Assembly (NCBI GenBank): GCA_025361465.1
Contig: JANYAG010000341.1
Coordinates: 1 to 44,420, forward strand
Direction of reading: 5' to 3'
Length of the DNA stretch: 44,420 bases
Source: Gemmatimonadota bacterium
GTDB lineage: Bacteria > Gemmatimonadota > Gemmatimonadetes > Gemmatimonadales > GWC2-71-9
Shown here in pieces: positions 1 to 8,793 of this stretch. A program made the position numbers and the translations under genes. How positions within the stretch are numbered: position 1 is the stretch's first letter; the number at the start of each line of letters is the position of its first letter. A model generated the notes under the pieces. The model ran no database searches, was not told the DNA's origin, and was given only the letters and a program-made list of their open reading frames with translations.

Positions 1-129
1 GTCCGTCTTGGCCGCGACTTCCTTGGCCTGACCGCTGCGATGCTCTTGGAGGTGGGCTACCCACGGGCCGATGTCCTCTTTGAGTATCTTTTCCACTTGC
101 GCCCGACGCTCTGGAGGGATGACGCCGCG
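1..129. repeat. Terminal overlap copy A, identical to 44292..44420; the contig closes into a circle or a circularly permuted genome.
   Basis: The 129 nt gtccgtcttggccgcgac...ggatgacgccgcg occur identically at both window ends. One minus-strand ORF reads in phase through the join. Confidence 0.95.
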
Positions 130-888
130 CACCTGTAACGGAGCGGTAAGCATCGAGAATCGACCCCAAAGTTCTTCGGGCGTGACGTGCGAGTTGTCCT
201 GCAAGAGTCCGTCATAGGTCGGCATGATCCGACTGCTGACGAACTCGACGATCTCCTTGTCCTGCTTGACCTGTGCATCCTTCTGCCTGACGGCCTTGAC
301 TTCGGCCTCGGCACGCTGCGCCCGCGCTTCCGGGTGGTTGAAGTTCTCAAGCGCTTCCTGGGCCGCCGCGAGATAGTCCCGGTCGGTGAGCAGGCGTTCG
401 ATCTGCGAATCGCGGAGGGTCACTACTTCGTCGCGCTCACTGACCTTCGCGTGCAGTGCACCCAGGTCGGTGCGGGCGGCATCGCGTTCCTTGATGATGG
501 TTTCATTGTAGAACCCGGACTGTGCCAGGCGCACCACCTTGTCCAGCTTGAACGACCGCATCTCCCCGTTCGCCTTGAACTCCAGGGTTAGGTCGGGGAT
601 TTCCAGCTCGCCCTCGGCGTCCATCACCTTGAACGTGGTGATCGGCTTCGGGGTCGAATCGGGTACCGGGGCTGCCTCTGTACCCTCTTTGGGTACATCT
701 GTACCCGTTTCGGGTACGACTTCGGGTGTTGGGGTTTCAGGGGTTTCGGTTTCGACGACTTCGGGGACTTCAACTTCGGGGGCATCAGGGGTCGCGGGTG
801 CTTCCTTGGGGATGCCGAACGCCTCTGCAAACTGATCGCCCTGCAAACTGGCGATGGACTCCGCAGTGGCCGGTGCTTCGTCGCTCAT
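1..888 (-). CDS. Capsid scaffolding-like protein, 5' part. The gene wraps the contig junction (888->1 joined to 44291->44127) and is 350 aa in total.
   Basis: ATG at 888 has GAGG 4 nt upstream. The frame stays open to base 1 and continues in phase at the other window end. The N-terminus is acidic and Pro/Glu/Thr-rich (PEVEVPEVVETETPETPTPE), followed by a long charged helical region. The gene lies between the portal and major capsid genes. Confidence 0.6.
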   Translation of the reverse strand, partial: MSDEAPATAESIASLQGDQFAEAFGIPKEAPATPDAPEVEVPEVVETETPETPTPEVVPETGTDVPKEGTEAAPVPDSTPKPITTFKVMDAEGELEIPDLTLEFKANGEMRSFKLDKVVRLAQSGFYNETIIKERDAARTDLGALHAKVSERDEVVTLRDSQIERLLTDRDYLAAAQEALENFNHPEARAQRAEAEVKAVRQKDAQVKQDKEIVEFVSSRIMPTYDGLLQDNSHVTPEELWGRFSMLTAPLQVRGVIPPERRAQVEKILKEDIGPWVAHLQEHRSGQAKEVAAKTD

Positions 889-940
889 GCTGCCTCGTTG
901 GTGGGTGTGCGGTGCGGGCGAGATGCCCGGAGCCGGTCGA

Positions 941-3235
941 TCATGCCCCGCCTGAGTGGGCGTCAGAGCCGCCCATCAGTGGCGCATTGGGGTTGCCCAT
1001 CACGTTCGCGGGCGCGGAGGCCATACTGGGGTTCGTGCCCAACATGGGTTGGAGACGCGGCGACAGGGACGGACCATCTTTCGGGTCGGGTGGAACGGCT
1101 GGCCCCGGAGGGGGCGCCATCTTCGTCGCTGACTGCTGCGCCAGCGCCTTCCAGCGTGCGTCGGCGGCCTGCACGACCGCTTCCTCGAGATCGTCACGGA
1201 GCAGGATTTCCGACTCCAGCACGTCCTGATGGATCGCTTCATTGTCCTGCCAGCGGATCGGCGGGATGGGCTTGTTGGCCTTGATCGCCTCGGCCACGCG
1301 GAAGGCACGGGCCTGCTGGGTGTCGTTCGGGGTCTGGAGGTTGCGCGTGTACGCGAAGGGCAGCCGCTTGCGGTACTCGTCGGCGGGCATCAACCCCTTC
1401 TCGAACATCTGGTCGAGCAGGAACAGCCGGAGCGCACGCGGCATCGGCGTCATCGTTTCCGGGTCGATCTCGACATCGGCGATTTCGTCGAAGTCCTCAC
1501 TGCTAATGGCGCGGGCCAAGTCGGGCCGCCCGTGCCCCATGATGCCCAGCAGGCGTGGGATGTCGTAGCCCCAGCGCATGAACTGGAGCGTGACCTTGCC
1601 CCACTCCACCATCGCCTCAGCCACGGCGTTGACCGGCTCGGCAAACACGCGCTCCAGTTGCTCGCGCAGGGCGAGGATGGCGCGGCCGGAGGTGTCGCCG
1701 GAATACTGGCCCCGGCTCGACGCGTTCCAACCACTCTTGTCCTCGAACAACTGACGCTCGGCCTGAATCAGTTCCTTGATGTCGGTGCCGACCGAGAACC
1801 CTTGCACGGGCAGGACGGACTCGCTGATCGGCCCGGTGCCGCGCACTTCAATCGCCGAGAGGGTGCCCGCCACCAGGGTGTCGTTCGAGATGGCACGCGG
1901 GCGGGTGAGGAAGCGACCCCCGGAGTTGAGCCGGACACTCTCGACCCACTTGGAAATCGCCGCGTTGACGCGAATCTGGTGCTCAACCCAGTCGTCCATC
2001 TCCGGGGCCGGGAAGAACGCCGGGTCGGCCGTGCCGTCAGGCACCCGCACCATCGGAACGACCCCCTGCACCAACGGAGACAGCACGACCAGCTCGCCAT
2101 CGACCGTGATGACGGTCAGCCCTTCGGGGAGATATTCACTGCGTTCGCAGTAGACCGTGAAGCGATCCACGGTGTCTTGCCCCTCCAAGGGATCACTGTC
2201 GCCGGGGCCGGTGGAGTTTCCTATCAGGCCCATCGCCACGTTCGCACGGCCTGTATTCACGGCTCTCCGGGTGCCCATCGCTCGCACGCCATGAGCCGTC
2301 ACGGCCTCGGCGGTCGAGATCGTCTCCTTGATGACCCAGTAGCTCGGCTTGATATTGGTGGTCGCATTGGCCGACACGACCACCTGTTCGATCTTGAGGA
2401 TGCGGGTGCGGACATCGCCCAGTCGCATCGTCTCGCCGGTCGTCATCTCGTACCACGGTCCCGCCTGATCATCCCAGTGGAGATGCCAGAAGGCTACACC
2501 GTCGGTCCCGTTGTGGAAGCGGGTTTCCTTGGTGATGCCACGCATCCCCTGTTGGTCGTACTGGTACTCCAGCGCGTACTGCTGCGCCTCGGCCTTTTTC
2601 ACCTTCTCCGAGTCCTGCGTGATCGGCTTCGTGCGGAAGCCCGGTCGCTGTTCGCTGACAATCTGCGCCCGCTGATCGAGCGCGGGCTTGATAAGATTGT
2701 GAACGGCGCGGGCCTGCTCGCGGGGCTTGGGCGGCTCGATCCACGGGCCGAACCCGTTGGCGCTCACCCACTGGACGCCCTTGTAGAACAGGCGATTCCG
2801 CTGGGTCAGGTGCATCCGACGCCGCTTGCCCGGTTGATGCCGGTCCCACAAATCTTCCGCCCAGGCCGCCCAGTCCTGCGGCTGGGGTTCGTCCTTGATC
2901 TGAGGGAACTGGTCGCCGTACAGGGCCGCCATCGCCGCCCGCTCACGGGCCTGCTGTTCCTCGGGGGACATCTCGGGTTCCGGGGCGTCGTTCGGCTCCT
3001 CGGGGGGCGCCGCCGGCTGCGTCGTCAAGGCGTCGTCGAGTGGTGCCGTCAAGGGCGGTGCGGGCGGCGGGGCCGTGACGCCCTCATGCTCACCGGGCAC
3101 CGGCTCCATCATCGGCATCGGGTCCGACTCGCCTACATGGGGGGTCATCGGGCCTTGATGCCCCTGCATCCCGCCGTCCACAATCGACTGGAGCAGATCA
3201 GGGGTGATACCGGGTGTAGCGGTGGGAGCGTTCAA
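941..3235 (-). CDS. portal protein
   Basis: 764-aa ORF with a TTG start inside a TTGA overlap with the upstream stop; downstream ATGs are also possible. Supported by its size, its position directly upstream of the scaffold and capsid genes, and a portal-like core segment (RNRLFYKGVQWVS...). Confidence 0.7.
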   Translation of the reverse strand: MNAPTATPGITPDLLQSIVDGGMQGHQGPMTPHVGESDPMPMMEPVPGEHEGVTAPPPAPPLTAPLDDALTTQPAAPPEEPNDAPEPEMSPEEQQARERAAMAALYGDQFPQIKDEPQPQDWAAWAEDLWDRHQPGKRRRMHLTQRNRLFYKGVQWVSANGFGPWIEPPKPREQARAVHNLIKPALDQRAQIVSEQRPGFRTKPITQDSEKVKKAEAQQYALEYQYDQQGMRGITKETRFHNGTDGVAFWHLHWDDQAGPWYEMTTGETMRLGDVRTRILKIEQVVVSANATTNIKPSYWVIKETISTAEAVTAHGVRAMGTRRAVNTGRANVAMGLIGNSTGPGDSDPLEGQDTVDRFTVYCERSEYLPEGLTVITVDGELVVLSPLVQGVVPMVRVPDGTADPAFFPAPEMDDWVEHQIRVNAAISKWVESVRLNSGGRFLTRPRAISNDTLVAGTLSAIEVRGTGPISESVLPVQGFSVGTDIKELIQAERQLFEDKSGWNASSRGQYSGDTSGRAILALREQLERVFAEPVNAVAEAMVEWGKVTLQFMRWGYDIPRLLGIMGHGRPDLARAISSEDFDEIADVEIDPETMTPMPRALRLFLLDQMFEKGLMPADEYRKRLPFAYTRNLQTPNDTQQARAFRVAEAIKANKPIPPIRWQDNEAIHQDVLESEILLRDDLEEAVVQAADARWKALAQQSATKMAPPPGPAVPPDPKDGPSLSPRLQPMLGTNPSMASAPANVMGNPNAPLMGGSDAHSGGA

Positions 3236-3537
3236 GCGTCATCCCCTTCGACTGTCGGTGCGTTTGCAGTGGGCAGGGTCGCCCGCACGGCGTCCCAAGA
3301 ATCGAACTTCTCGTAGGATTCCTCGATGGCCTTGAGTGCGCCGTCCCTCGCCCATCCGTCGCCCCAACTCTGTGCGTAGGCAATCAGGTCGCTTGGCATG
3401 GGTTCCCGTTTCACGTTGGTTCTCGGCAGTCCCTGGACCTCGGCGAGCGCGATCAGGCGATCCACGCGAGGGAGGGCGCGACTGACCAGCCACGACAGGA
3501 AACAGAGGACGAGGGCGACGGAGGCGAGAATGAACAT
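3232..3537 (-). CDS. small membrane protein (101 aa, N-terminal TM helix)
   Basis: ATG 3537 shares one base with the upstream stop (TGATG). The N-terminus MFILASVALVLCFLSWLV is hydrophobic. The longer 208-aa track ORF is an Arg/Gly-rich extension overlapping the previous gene. Confidence 0.55.
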   Translation of the reverse strand: MFILASVALVLCFLSWLVSRALPRVDRLIALAEVQGLPRTNVKREPMPSDLIAYAQSWGDGWARDGALKAIEESYEKFDSWDAVRATLPTANAPTVEGDDA

Positions 3538-3896
3538 CAATCCTGCGTAGTAAAGCCGCGCAGGGAGACGGTCGCCTTGCAGGAGCCGCCGCCCGAGGGG
3601 CAGCTCACGCTGACCAGCTCGTTCGCGTTCAGCGCCCTGTAGGGGCGGGGGAAGTTCACGACGAGAGGTGCCTGGGCAGCGGCGGGGATTTCGAGCTGGT
3701 CGATGACCGTTGTGCCGCTCTTGACCGTCACCGACAGGACCCCGGCTGGCGCCGTACTCAGCGAGAGCGACATCCCGGTGATGAAGTGCCGACGCGCCGC
3801 CGCCGCCGACTTCGTCGCCGTGGCGATTGCTGCCGTTTGGGTATCCACTACAAACCACGTTGCCGGAGAGTGGGAAGTCAGGGAGATGTCAGCCAT
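3537..3896 (-). CDS. hypothetical virion-associated protein (119 aa)
   Basis: Intact ORF, beta-rich and Ala/Thr/Ser-rich, chained to its neighbours in the structural block. Confidence 0.5.
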   Translation of the reverse strand: MADISLTSHSPATWFVVDTQTAAIATATKSAAAARRHFITGMSLSLSTAPAGVLSVTVKSGTTVIDQLEIPAAAQAPLVVNFPRPYRALNANELVSVSCPSGGGSCKATVSLRGFTTQD

Positions 3897-3911
3897 GTGA
3901 AGTACCTTGGT

Positions 3912-4433
3912 TTAGAGTTCGGAGCGATTGCGTCCGATGAAGGAACCTGCGACGAACGCCTGGTAGGTGGTGGTGACAGCCCCGGCGATGCCGCTCAGGG
4001 TGCCCGCAAGCGTCTTGAACTGGCCCCGTGCGACTTGGCCGCTTGGGGTGATCGCCCCCGCGAGAGAGCGCGTCATTGTCCGACGAACCACTGCGGCTGG
4101 TGCGACGGCCCCAGCGAGTGCGCGACTGGTCCCTTTGCCGATCACACCACTCGGCGTGATGCCGCCCGCCAGAGTGCGGAAGTACGCCAGCCCCCTGACG
4201 ACCACGCCCGACGGGGTGATACCTCCAGCGAGCGAGCGAGCGATGGTACGGAGGATGGCACCCGCAGGGGTCAACCCTCCCGCGAGATTCCGGGTCGTCC
4301 ACTTGGCAGCTATCGCCGACGGCGTGACCCCACCAGCCAGCGTGCAGTTGTAGTTGGTCGGGCCACCACCGGCCGCGACGAACTTTCTGGCAAGCCGTCG
4401 TGGGACCGGGAAGCTCCGACCAAACCGTGCCAT
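3912..4433 (-). CDS. tandem-repeat protein with 7 units of about 18 aa, LAGG(I/V/L)TPSG...
   Basis: 173-aa ORF. The units LAGGVTPSA.., LAGGLTPAG.., LAGGITPSG.. (x2), LAGAVAPAA.., LAGAITPSG.. and LAGTLSGIA.. follow each other. The DNA shows the same periodicity of about 54 nt. Confidence 0.6.
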   Translation of the reverse strand: MARFGRSFPVPRRLARKFVAAGGGPTNYNCTLAGGVTPSAIAAKWTTRNLAGGLTPAGAILRTIARSLAGGITPSGVVVRGLAYFRTLAGGITPSGVIGKGTSRALAGAVAPAAVVRRTMTRSLAGAITPSGQVARGQFKTLAGTLSGIAGAVTTTYQAFVAGSFIGRNRSEL

Positions 4434-4446
4434 TGAGCGCCCTAGC

Positions 4447-4947
4447 TCAGACTTCGAGGATCAGGTAGGCGTAGGCATTGACCGCTGCCCCGGCTGTCAC
4501 CCGAATCCGCACCGCGTTCCCGATGATGCACTTCGGCTCGCGGCCGAGCGGGAACTGCTTCAAGTACTGCGAGGTCGGCGCAACCAGTTGGGCGTCGAAC
4601 ATCCGAACCGCCGTGATCGTCCCCTCACTGGTGCAGGTATAGCCGGTGGCGGCGACCCCGAGCGTGAGGCCCGCAACTGACGCCACCGCATCCTCGACGC
4701 TGCCGAGTTTTGCCACGTCCGCGTCAGCGGAGGCGGTCACGGTGCCGAACACCGTGCCGGTATCCAGCAACTCGCACTTGATCGGCGTGGCGGCGGCGGA
4801 CCCATCGAACGACACACCCCACTCCACAATCCGGCAGGTGTTGAATGGCTTGATCTGGAGCAGCGTCTTGATGGCCGTGCCGGTCGTGACGGGGGCTTGC
4901 GCCGCCGTGGTCGGCATCGGGCCATTCGCAATCAGGTAAAGTGCCAT
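4447..4947 (-). CDS. hypothetical structural protein (166 aa)
   Basis: ATG 4947 is preceded by AGGAGA 7 nt upstream and lies just after the upstream TAG. The track ORF start at 5025 would overlap the previous gene. Confidence 0.5.
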   Translation of the reverse strand: MALYLIANGPMPTTAAQAPVTTGTAIKTLLQIKPFNTCRIVEWGVSFDGSAAATPIKCELLDTGTVFGTVTASADADVAKLGSVEDAVASVAGLTLGVAATGYTCTSEGTITAVRMFDAQLVAPTSQYLKQFPLGREPKCIIGNAVRIRVTAGAAVNAYAYLILEV

Positions 4948-4957
4948 AGTGAATCTC

Positions 4958-6370
4958 CTAGAAGTAGACCGAGCGATTGCGAGCGAACCCCACTCCTGCC
5001 CCACCGCCAACCAGTCCGGCCCCACCCGCCGGGTCCGCGTGCTGCACCGCGCCGATGTCGAGGTAGCCGGTGGTCAGCCCGCCCGGAAACACGCCGGGGA
5101 AGCCAGCCGCCTTGAGCGCGGCACCAGCGCCAGCGGTTGCGTTCAGCGCGAAGTTGCCGTTGGCGGCATCCACGAACGGGTCGCCCGTCAGGGTGATATC
5201 GTTAGCGCCTGCCGTAAGATTTGAGCGAGCACCACTCGAATTATTGTAGAAGGCGTTGTAGTTGACAGACGGCTCGGCCCAGCCTGTGTTGTAGTTGAAG
5301 GCGACCCCATAGCCGCCGTTCGACGAGAACACGTTGTTGATGACCGCAAAGGTCTGCTCGTAGGTGTCCGTGACTAGTCCATGTCGCCCATTACCGACAG
5401 AGACACAGTTGACCATCCCAAAGCCGTATAGGGCCTTAACGTTAAACCCGTCCGAGGACGCCCCGGTATTGTACGCCGCCACGCATCCCACCAGCTTTGC
5501 CCCCGCATTGTTCCCGTTTGTGCTGAAGCCGTGACAGGGATTGGCGTGGGCATAGGCGTACCAGTGATCCGAACTACTACCGTTGAGATCAAACCCGCTC
5601 GCGGCACCCGACTTCATGGCTGTCACTTCGCAGGCCAATGAACGAGTCCCGATCCCATGCGAGCTAAAGGCCGTCACATTGCATCCAATTGCGAAGCTGT
5701 CACCGTTGTATCCCGTATTGACGATGCCGTCACGGGCGGTACTGGTGCCGTCAAGGATGAGGTAGGCGACAGTCCCCCGCGTGTCTACCGCGAATCCGTC
5801 CACGCCCGCGCCGGTGCACGAAATGGTGGGGCGAGTGGCTCCGGTCGGGTTGTCGCCGTGCGTGACGTTGTATCCCGAAAAGAGTGTAGCCACCATATTC
5901 GGCGGGCTTCCGCTATTCGTGACCAGCGATAGAAGGGTGCTCGTCGTGTACGATCCATTCTTGAGCCACAGCCGGTGCCCAACGTTCCCGGACTGAACCG
6001 ACAGCATCTTGCTCGGGGTGAGGAATGCGCCGCCGATCTTGAGGGTCGCGCCCGTGCCGGCCGTGAGGCCGGTCGAGCGGTCCACCGTGATCGACGTACT
6101 GCTGTTGCGAACGGTGATTTCGTACCAGCCCGCCGCGATTGCGCCCGTGCCGCCCGTGATATAGAGGACGTTGCCCACCACATCAGTCCCGAAGCTGGCG
6201 GTGGCACTCGTGACCGTGGTCGTGCCCGCCGTCACGGCGTCCGTAACGGAATACTGTGCGGCGTTCTGTAGCGACCAGTCGGTGCCGGAGGCTCCACGCT
6301 TGAAGCCCCCGCCATTCGTGTCCGCGCCCGTACTGCGGCAGTCCCACTCGATCGCGGCAGAGAAGGCCAT
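4958..6370 (-). CDS. tailspike / polysaccharide-depolymerase-like protein with right-handed beta-helix repeats
   Basis: 470 aa, rich in Gly/Asn/Thr/Ser, with repeated short beta-helix rungs (..NVTAFSSHGIG.., ..GFDLNGSS.., ..HGFSTNGNN.., ..DGFNVKA.., ..NCVSVGNGRHG.., ..NNVFSSNGGYG..). Confidence 0.7.
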   Translation of the reverse strand: MAFSAAIEWDCRSTGADTNGGGFKRGASGTDWSLQNAAQYSVTDAVTAGTTTVTSATASFGTDVVGNVLYITGGTGAIAAGWYEITVRNSSTSITVDRSTGLTAGTGATLKIGGAFLTPSKMLSVQSGNVGHRLWLKNGSYTTSTLLSLVTNSGSPPNMVATLFSGYNVTHGDNPTGATRPTISCTGAGVDGFAVDTRGTVAYLILDGTSTARDGIVNTGYNGDSFAIGCNVTAFSSHGIGTRSLACEVTAMKSGAASGFDLNGSSSDHWYAYAHANPCHGFSTNGNNAGAKLVGCVAAYNTGASSDGFNVKALYGFGMVNCVSVGNGRHGLVTDTYEQTFAVINNVFSSNGGYGVAFNYNTGWAEPSVNYNAFYNNSSGARSNLTAGANDITLTGDPFVDAANGNFALNATAGAGAALKAAGFPGVFPGGLTTGYLDIGAVQHADPAGGAGLVGGGAGVGFARNRSVYF

Positions 6371-6373
6371 CGC

Positions 6374-6694
6374 CTACCTCGGGTTGACCGCGATCTTCAG
6401 GATCGCGTTCTTGACGGCCCCGCTGCTCGCGTTCACGCTGGCAAGGAACGCGGCCACGTTCGTGGCGAAGGCGTTGATTTCCGCGCCCGAGATCGGGGTG
6501 CGCCCATCGGGTCCCGTCACCGCGCCATCGGCCAGCAGGTCGGCGGTGTTCGGGACCAGGGCACCGATGCCCTTCGCGGTCCACGCGTCGCTGATTTTCT
6601 GCGCGGCGAAGATCAGCCCGCCGTACTGGTCGGCAAACGGGCGCACTTGCTCGTTGCAGAACTTGATCGCTTCGACATTCGTGATGTTTGGCAT
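6374..6694 (-). CDS. hypothetical protein (106 aa)
   Basis: Intact ORF placed tightly between the tailspike gene and the next structural gene. Confidence 0.5.
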   Translation of the reverse strand: MPNITNVEAIKFCNEQVRPFADQYGGLIFAAQKISDAWTAKGIGALVPNTADLLADGAVTGPDGRTPISGAEINAFATNVAAFLASVNASSGAVKNAILKIAVNPR

Positions 6695-6699
6695 GACGA

Positions 6700-7218
6700 T
6701 CAGCCGCCCGACGTGAAGGTGATGGAGTACGCGAACGTGATCGAATCACCGCTCACGACGTTGATTGCCGCGAACACGGAGCGGTCGAGCAGGACGCCCG
6801 TCGAGGCCGCCGAAAAAATCCCGTGCTCGGTGATGGCGAGTGTGCTGCCGTAGGTGATCGCCGCCGTGGTCTTGAGGATGTTCGCCGCTGTTTCCGTCTG
6901 CGTGCCCGCGACCCGGCTGCCTGTCTCGGTGCCCAGGGCGGTATTGCCCACGGCCTCTGCGCCCACCCCGGTCCCCGAGGCGTGATAGTTCATCGCCTCC
7001 ATTTCGACGAGGTTCTGAAACGCATCGACCATGAAGCCCACGCCCGCATCGGTGATGACGCGCCGCGAGAGGACGCCGAGGGGGATCAGCGTGCCGTCTG
7101 CCTTTCGCACCGTCGCAGACAGCTCCGAGAGCATCCCGATTCCGGCGAAGGTCAAGACTTCCGCCTTCCACCCGCGCAGGCGATGGGGCAGGTTTCGGAG
7201 AGCGTAGAGGGGCGACAT
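6700..7218 (-). CDS. hypothetical structural protein (172 aa)
   Basis: ATG 7218 shares one base with the upstream stop (TGATG). The 399-aa track ORF is an Arg/Pro-rich shadow extension over two neighbouring genes. Confidence 0.5.
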   Translation of the reverse strand: MSPLYALRNLPHRLRGWKAEVLTFAGIGMLSELSATVRKADGTLIPLGVLSRRVITDAGVGFMVDAFQNLVEMEAMNYHASGTGVGAEAVGNTALGTETGSRVAGTQTETAANILKTTAAITYGSTLAITEHGIFSAASTGVLLDRSVFAAINVVSGDSITFAYSITFTSGG

Positions 7219-7550
7219 CAGAAGGTTCCTTCGGGAAGGGGGAACTTCGCCAACAGCAGCGTCACCGCGTCCGGGGTACTGGCCGCGCTGACCGTGACCA
7301 CATTTTGATCCTTCGTCATCAGCGAGAGCAGCGTCTTGTCGCCGAGTCGCTGACGCCAGTAGGTCGCGTCGTACTGTTTGCAGATCGCTTCGAGTATCTG
7401 ACCAGCGTTCAGGTCGGCCAGCGTCGGGCGGTCCGTCACCGTCTCCAGTGATCCGCCCGGCGCCATGACCCCGTTCGTGCCAGGGGCGACCAGTTTCTTG
7501 AAGAAGAACGGCACGAGGGCGTTCAGCGCCTTGACAAGGAAGGCCCACAT
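7218..7550 (-). CDS. hypothetical protein (110 aa)
   Basis: Intact ORF, start/stop-coupled on both sides. Confidence 0.5.
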   Translation of the reverse strand: MWAFLVKALNALVPFFFKKLVAPGTNGVMAPGGSLETVTDRPTLADLNAGQILEAICKQYDATYWRQRLGDKTLLSLMTKDQNVVTVSAASTPDAVTLLLAKFPLPEGTF

Positions 7551-8443
7551 TAGGTGATCGAGGAGTAGAGGGGAGCGAAACCGAGCGAGGCACCAGCGGC
7601 GTCGAAGATTTCAATTTTCTTGACGAGGCCGGACACGGGGATCGTGGAAGCCGCCGCCGCGTTGCCGACGCCAAGACCTGCAGGGAACAGGGTCTTGCCT
7701 GCGCTATCGGTTTCCGCGCCAACCGGAACCGTGGTCGTCTTGACGTATGCCGAGAGGGTGCTGGCGTTCTCGACCTGCGCGCCCCAGAGGTAGACGGTTT
7801 GTCCGTTCGCGCCACCAATGTACGAAGCGAAGCAGAGCAGCCGGTTCGTATTCGCCGCGACGATGCTGTCCACGGTGAAGGCCACGCGAAACCAGCCATT
7901 CCCGACAGGGATTGCGGTGAACATCGTCCCCGACCCGCCCTGCTTGCTCAGGACCGGCACTCCACCCGTCCATGTCATCGCGACATCAACCAGAGTGGCC
8001 GAGGTGGTCGTATCGTATACCATGAACCCCGGTGCGGGCGCCGTCCCCTGCTTGACGAACACCGAGAGTGCCTTTGTGCCATTACCAGTGTAGGCGATGT
8101 TCTGATACACCGAACTGTCCAGCGCGGAAGTTCGGGTCAGAAGATCGGCGGTCGTCGTGCCGTCGGGGGCGACAGCCGCATCGGAGGTGACGGTGGCTCG
8201 GTCGAGGGTCCACGGGCCCGTCCCCAACGCCTCGGATTGCAGGCAGAGGTTGCGTCCGTGCTTGCCGAGCGTCAGGGCAAGGTTCGCCTGACTGACCCCG
8301 AGGGCCACTCCGAGGGTGCCGAGTTCCACACCGTAGTCCTCGTCGCGCTCGTGGTTGTACAGTCGCACCCGATCCAAGTTGTCCACTTCGGATGGCGCGA
8401 CGATGTTCAGGTTCTTGATGTCCGCTCTCGGTTCCACAGTCAA
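7550..8443 (-). CDS. fibre / receptor-binding-like structural protein
   Basis: 297 aa. The C-terminal half is lectin-like and carries ...GQTVYLWGAQVE..., a motif I recognise from phage fibre and structural proteins. Confidence 0.5.
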   Translation of the reverse strand: MTVEPRADIKNLNIVAPSEVDNLDRVRLYNHERDEDYGVELGTLGVALGVSQANLALTLGKHGRNLCLQSEALGTGPWTLDRATVTSDAAVAPDGTTTADLLTRTSALDSSVYQNIAYTGNGTKALSVFVKQGTAPAPGFMVYDTTTSATLVDVAMTWTGGVPVLSKQGGSGTMFTAIPVGNGWFRVAFTVDSIVAANTNRLLCFASYIGGANGQTVYLWGAQVENASTLSAYVKTTTVPVGAETDSAGKTLFPAGLGVGNAAAASTIPVSGLVKKIEIFDAAGASLGFAPLYSSIT

Positions 8444-8474
8444 CTCCGGGGAGTAAAGGTCAAGGGAAAGAGTC

Positions 8475-8681
8475 TCAGCACTCGTCGCCGTCCGGCATCT
8501 CGGCCTTCTGCTTCGCCATCAGCTTGGCCTTGCCCTTCACGAACTGGGGAGGGACGCTCCCCTTGCGCTTCGGGGTGAACTTCCGCTTGGCCGCTGGCGC
8601 GTCCTTCGCGCCTTTCTTGGCGAACGGGTTGGCCTTGGGGTCAGCAGCAGCGGCGAATGGGACAGGGGGAGTTTTGGCCAT
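8475..8681 (-). CDS. small basic Lys/Ala/Pro-rich protein (68 aa)
   Basis: Intact ORF and first gene after the tRNA-like element downstream of terL. Low-complexity basic sequence. Confidence 0.45.
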   Translation of the reverse strand: MAKTPPVPFAAAADPKANPFAKKGAKDAPAAKRKFTPKRKGSVPPQFVKGKAKLMAKQKAEMPDGDEC

Positions 8682-8719
8682 GATCTCGGTCGGAGAAGGA
8701 GGAATCGGAGGGCACTACA

Positions 8720-8787
8720 TGGTGGGGCAGGGAATCGAACCCACGGACGCGGCATCTATTTGGCGGCGAACGACCAAGCTCCCCACG
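8720..8787 (-). ncRNA. tRNA-like element with an acceptor-type stem and a GGGTTCGATTCCC T-loop but no normal anticodon arm
   Basis: The minus-sense sequence is cgtgggg-...-gtgggTTCGATTccctg-ccccacc-a. It has a 6/7-bp outer stem and a canonical T-loop sequence on a weak 3-bp T stem. It starts 6 nt after the terL stop. Confidence 0.4.
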
Positions 8788-8793
8788 CTCTGT

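Noticed and set aside
1229-3316. The 695-aa + strand ORF antisense to the portal gene. Similar long Arg/Gly/Pro-rich ORFs include 57-350, 6183-6749, 9655-10683, 30514-31404, 34820-35530 and 35572-36591.
   Set aside because: These are typical shadow ORFs of GC-rich DNA. They are Arg/Gly/Pro/His-dominated and overlap well-supported genes on the other strand or in another frame, and I recognise no motifs in them.
8720-8787. A second genuine tRNA gene on the minus strand.
   Set aside because: The T stem has only 3 Watson-Crick pairs, and there is not enough sequence for both a D arm and an anticodon arm. It is kept only as a tRNA-like element or attP candidate.
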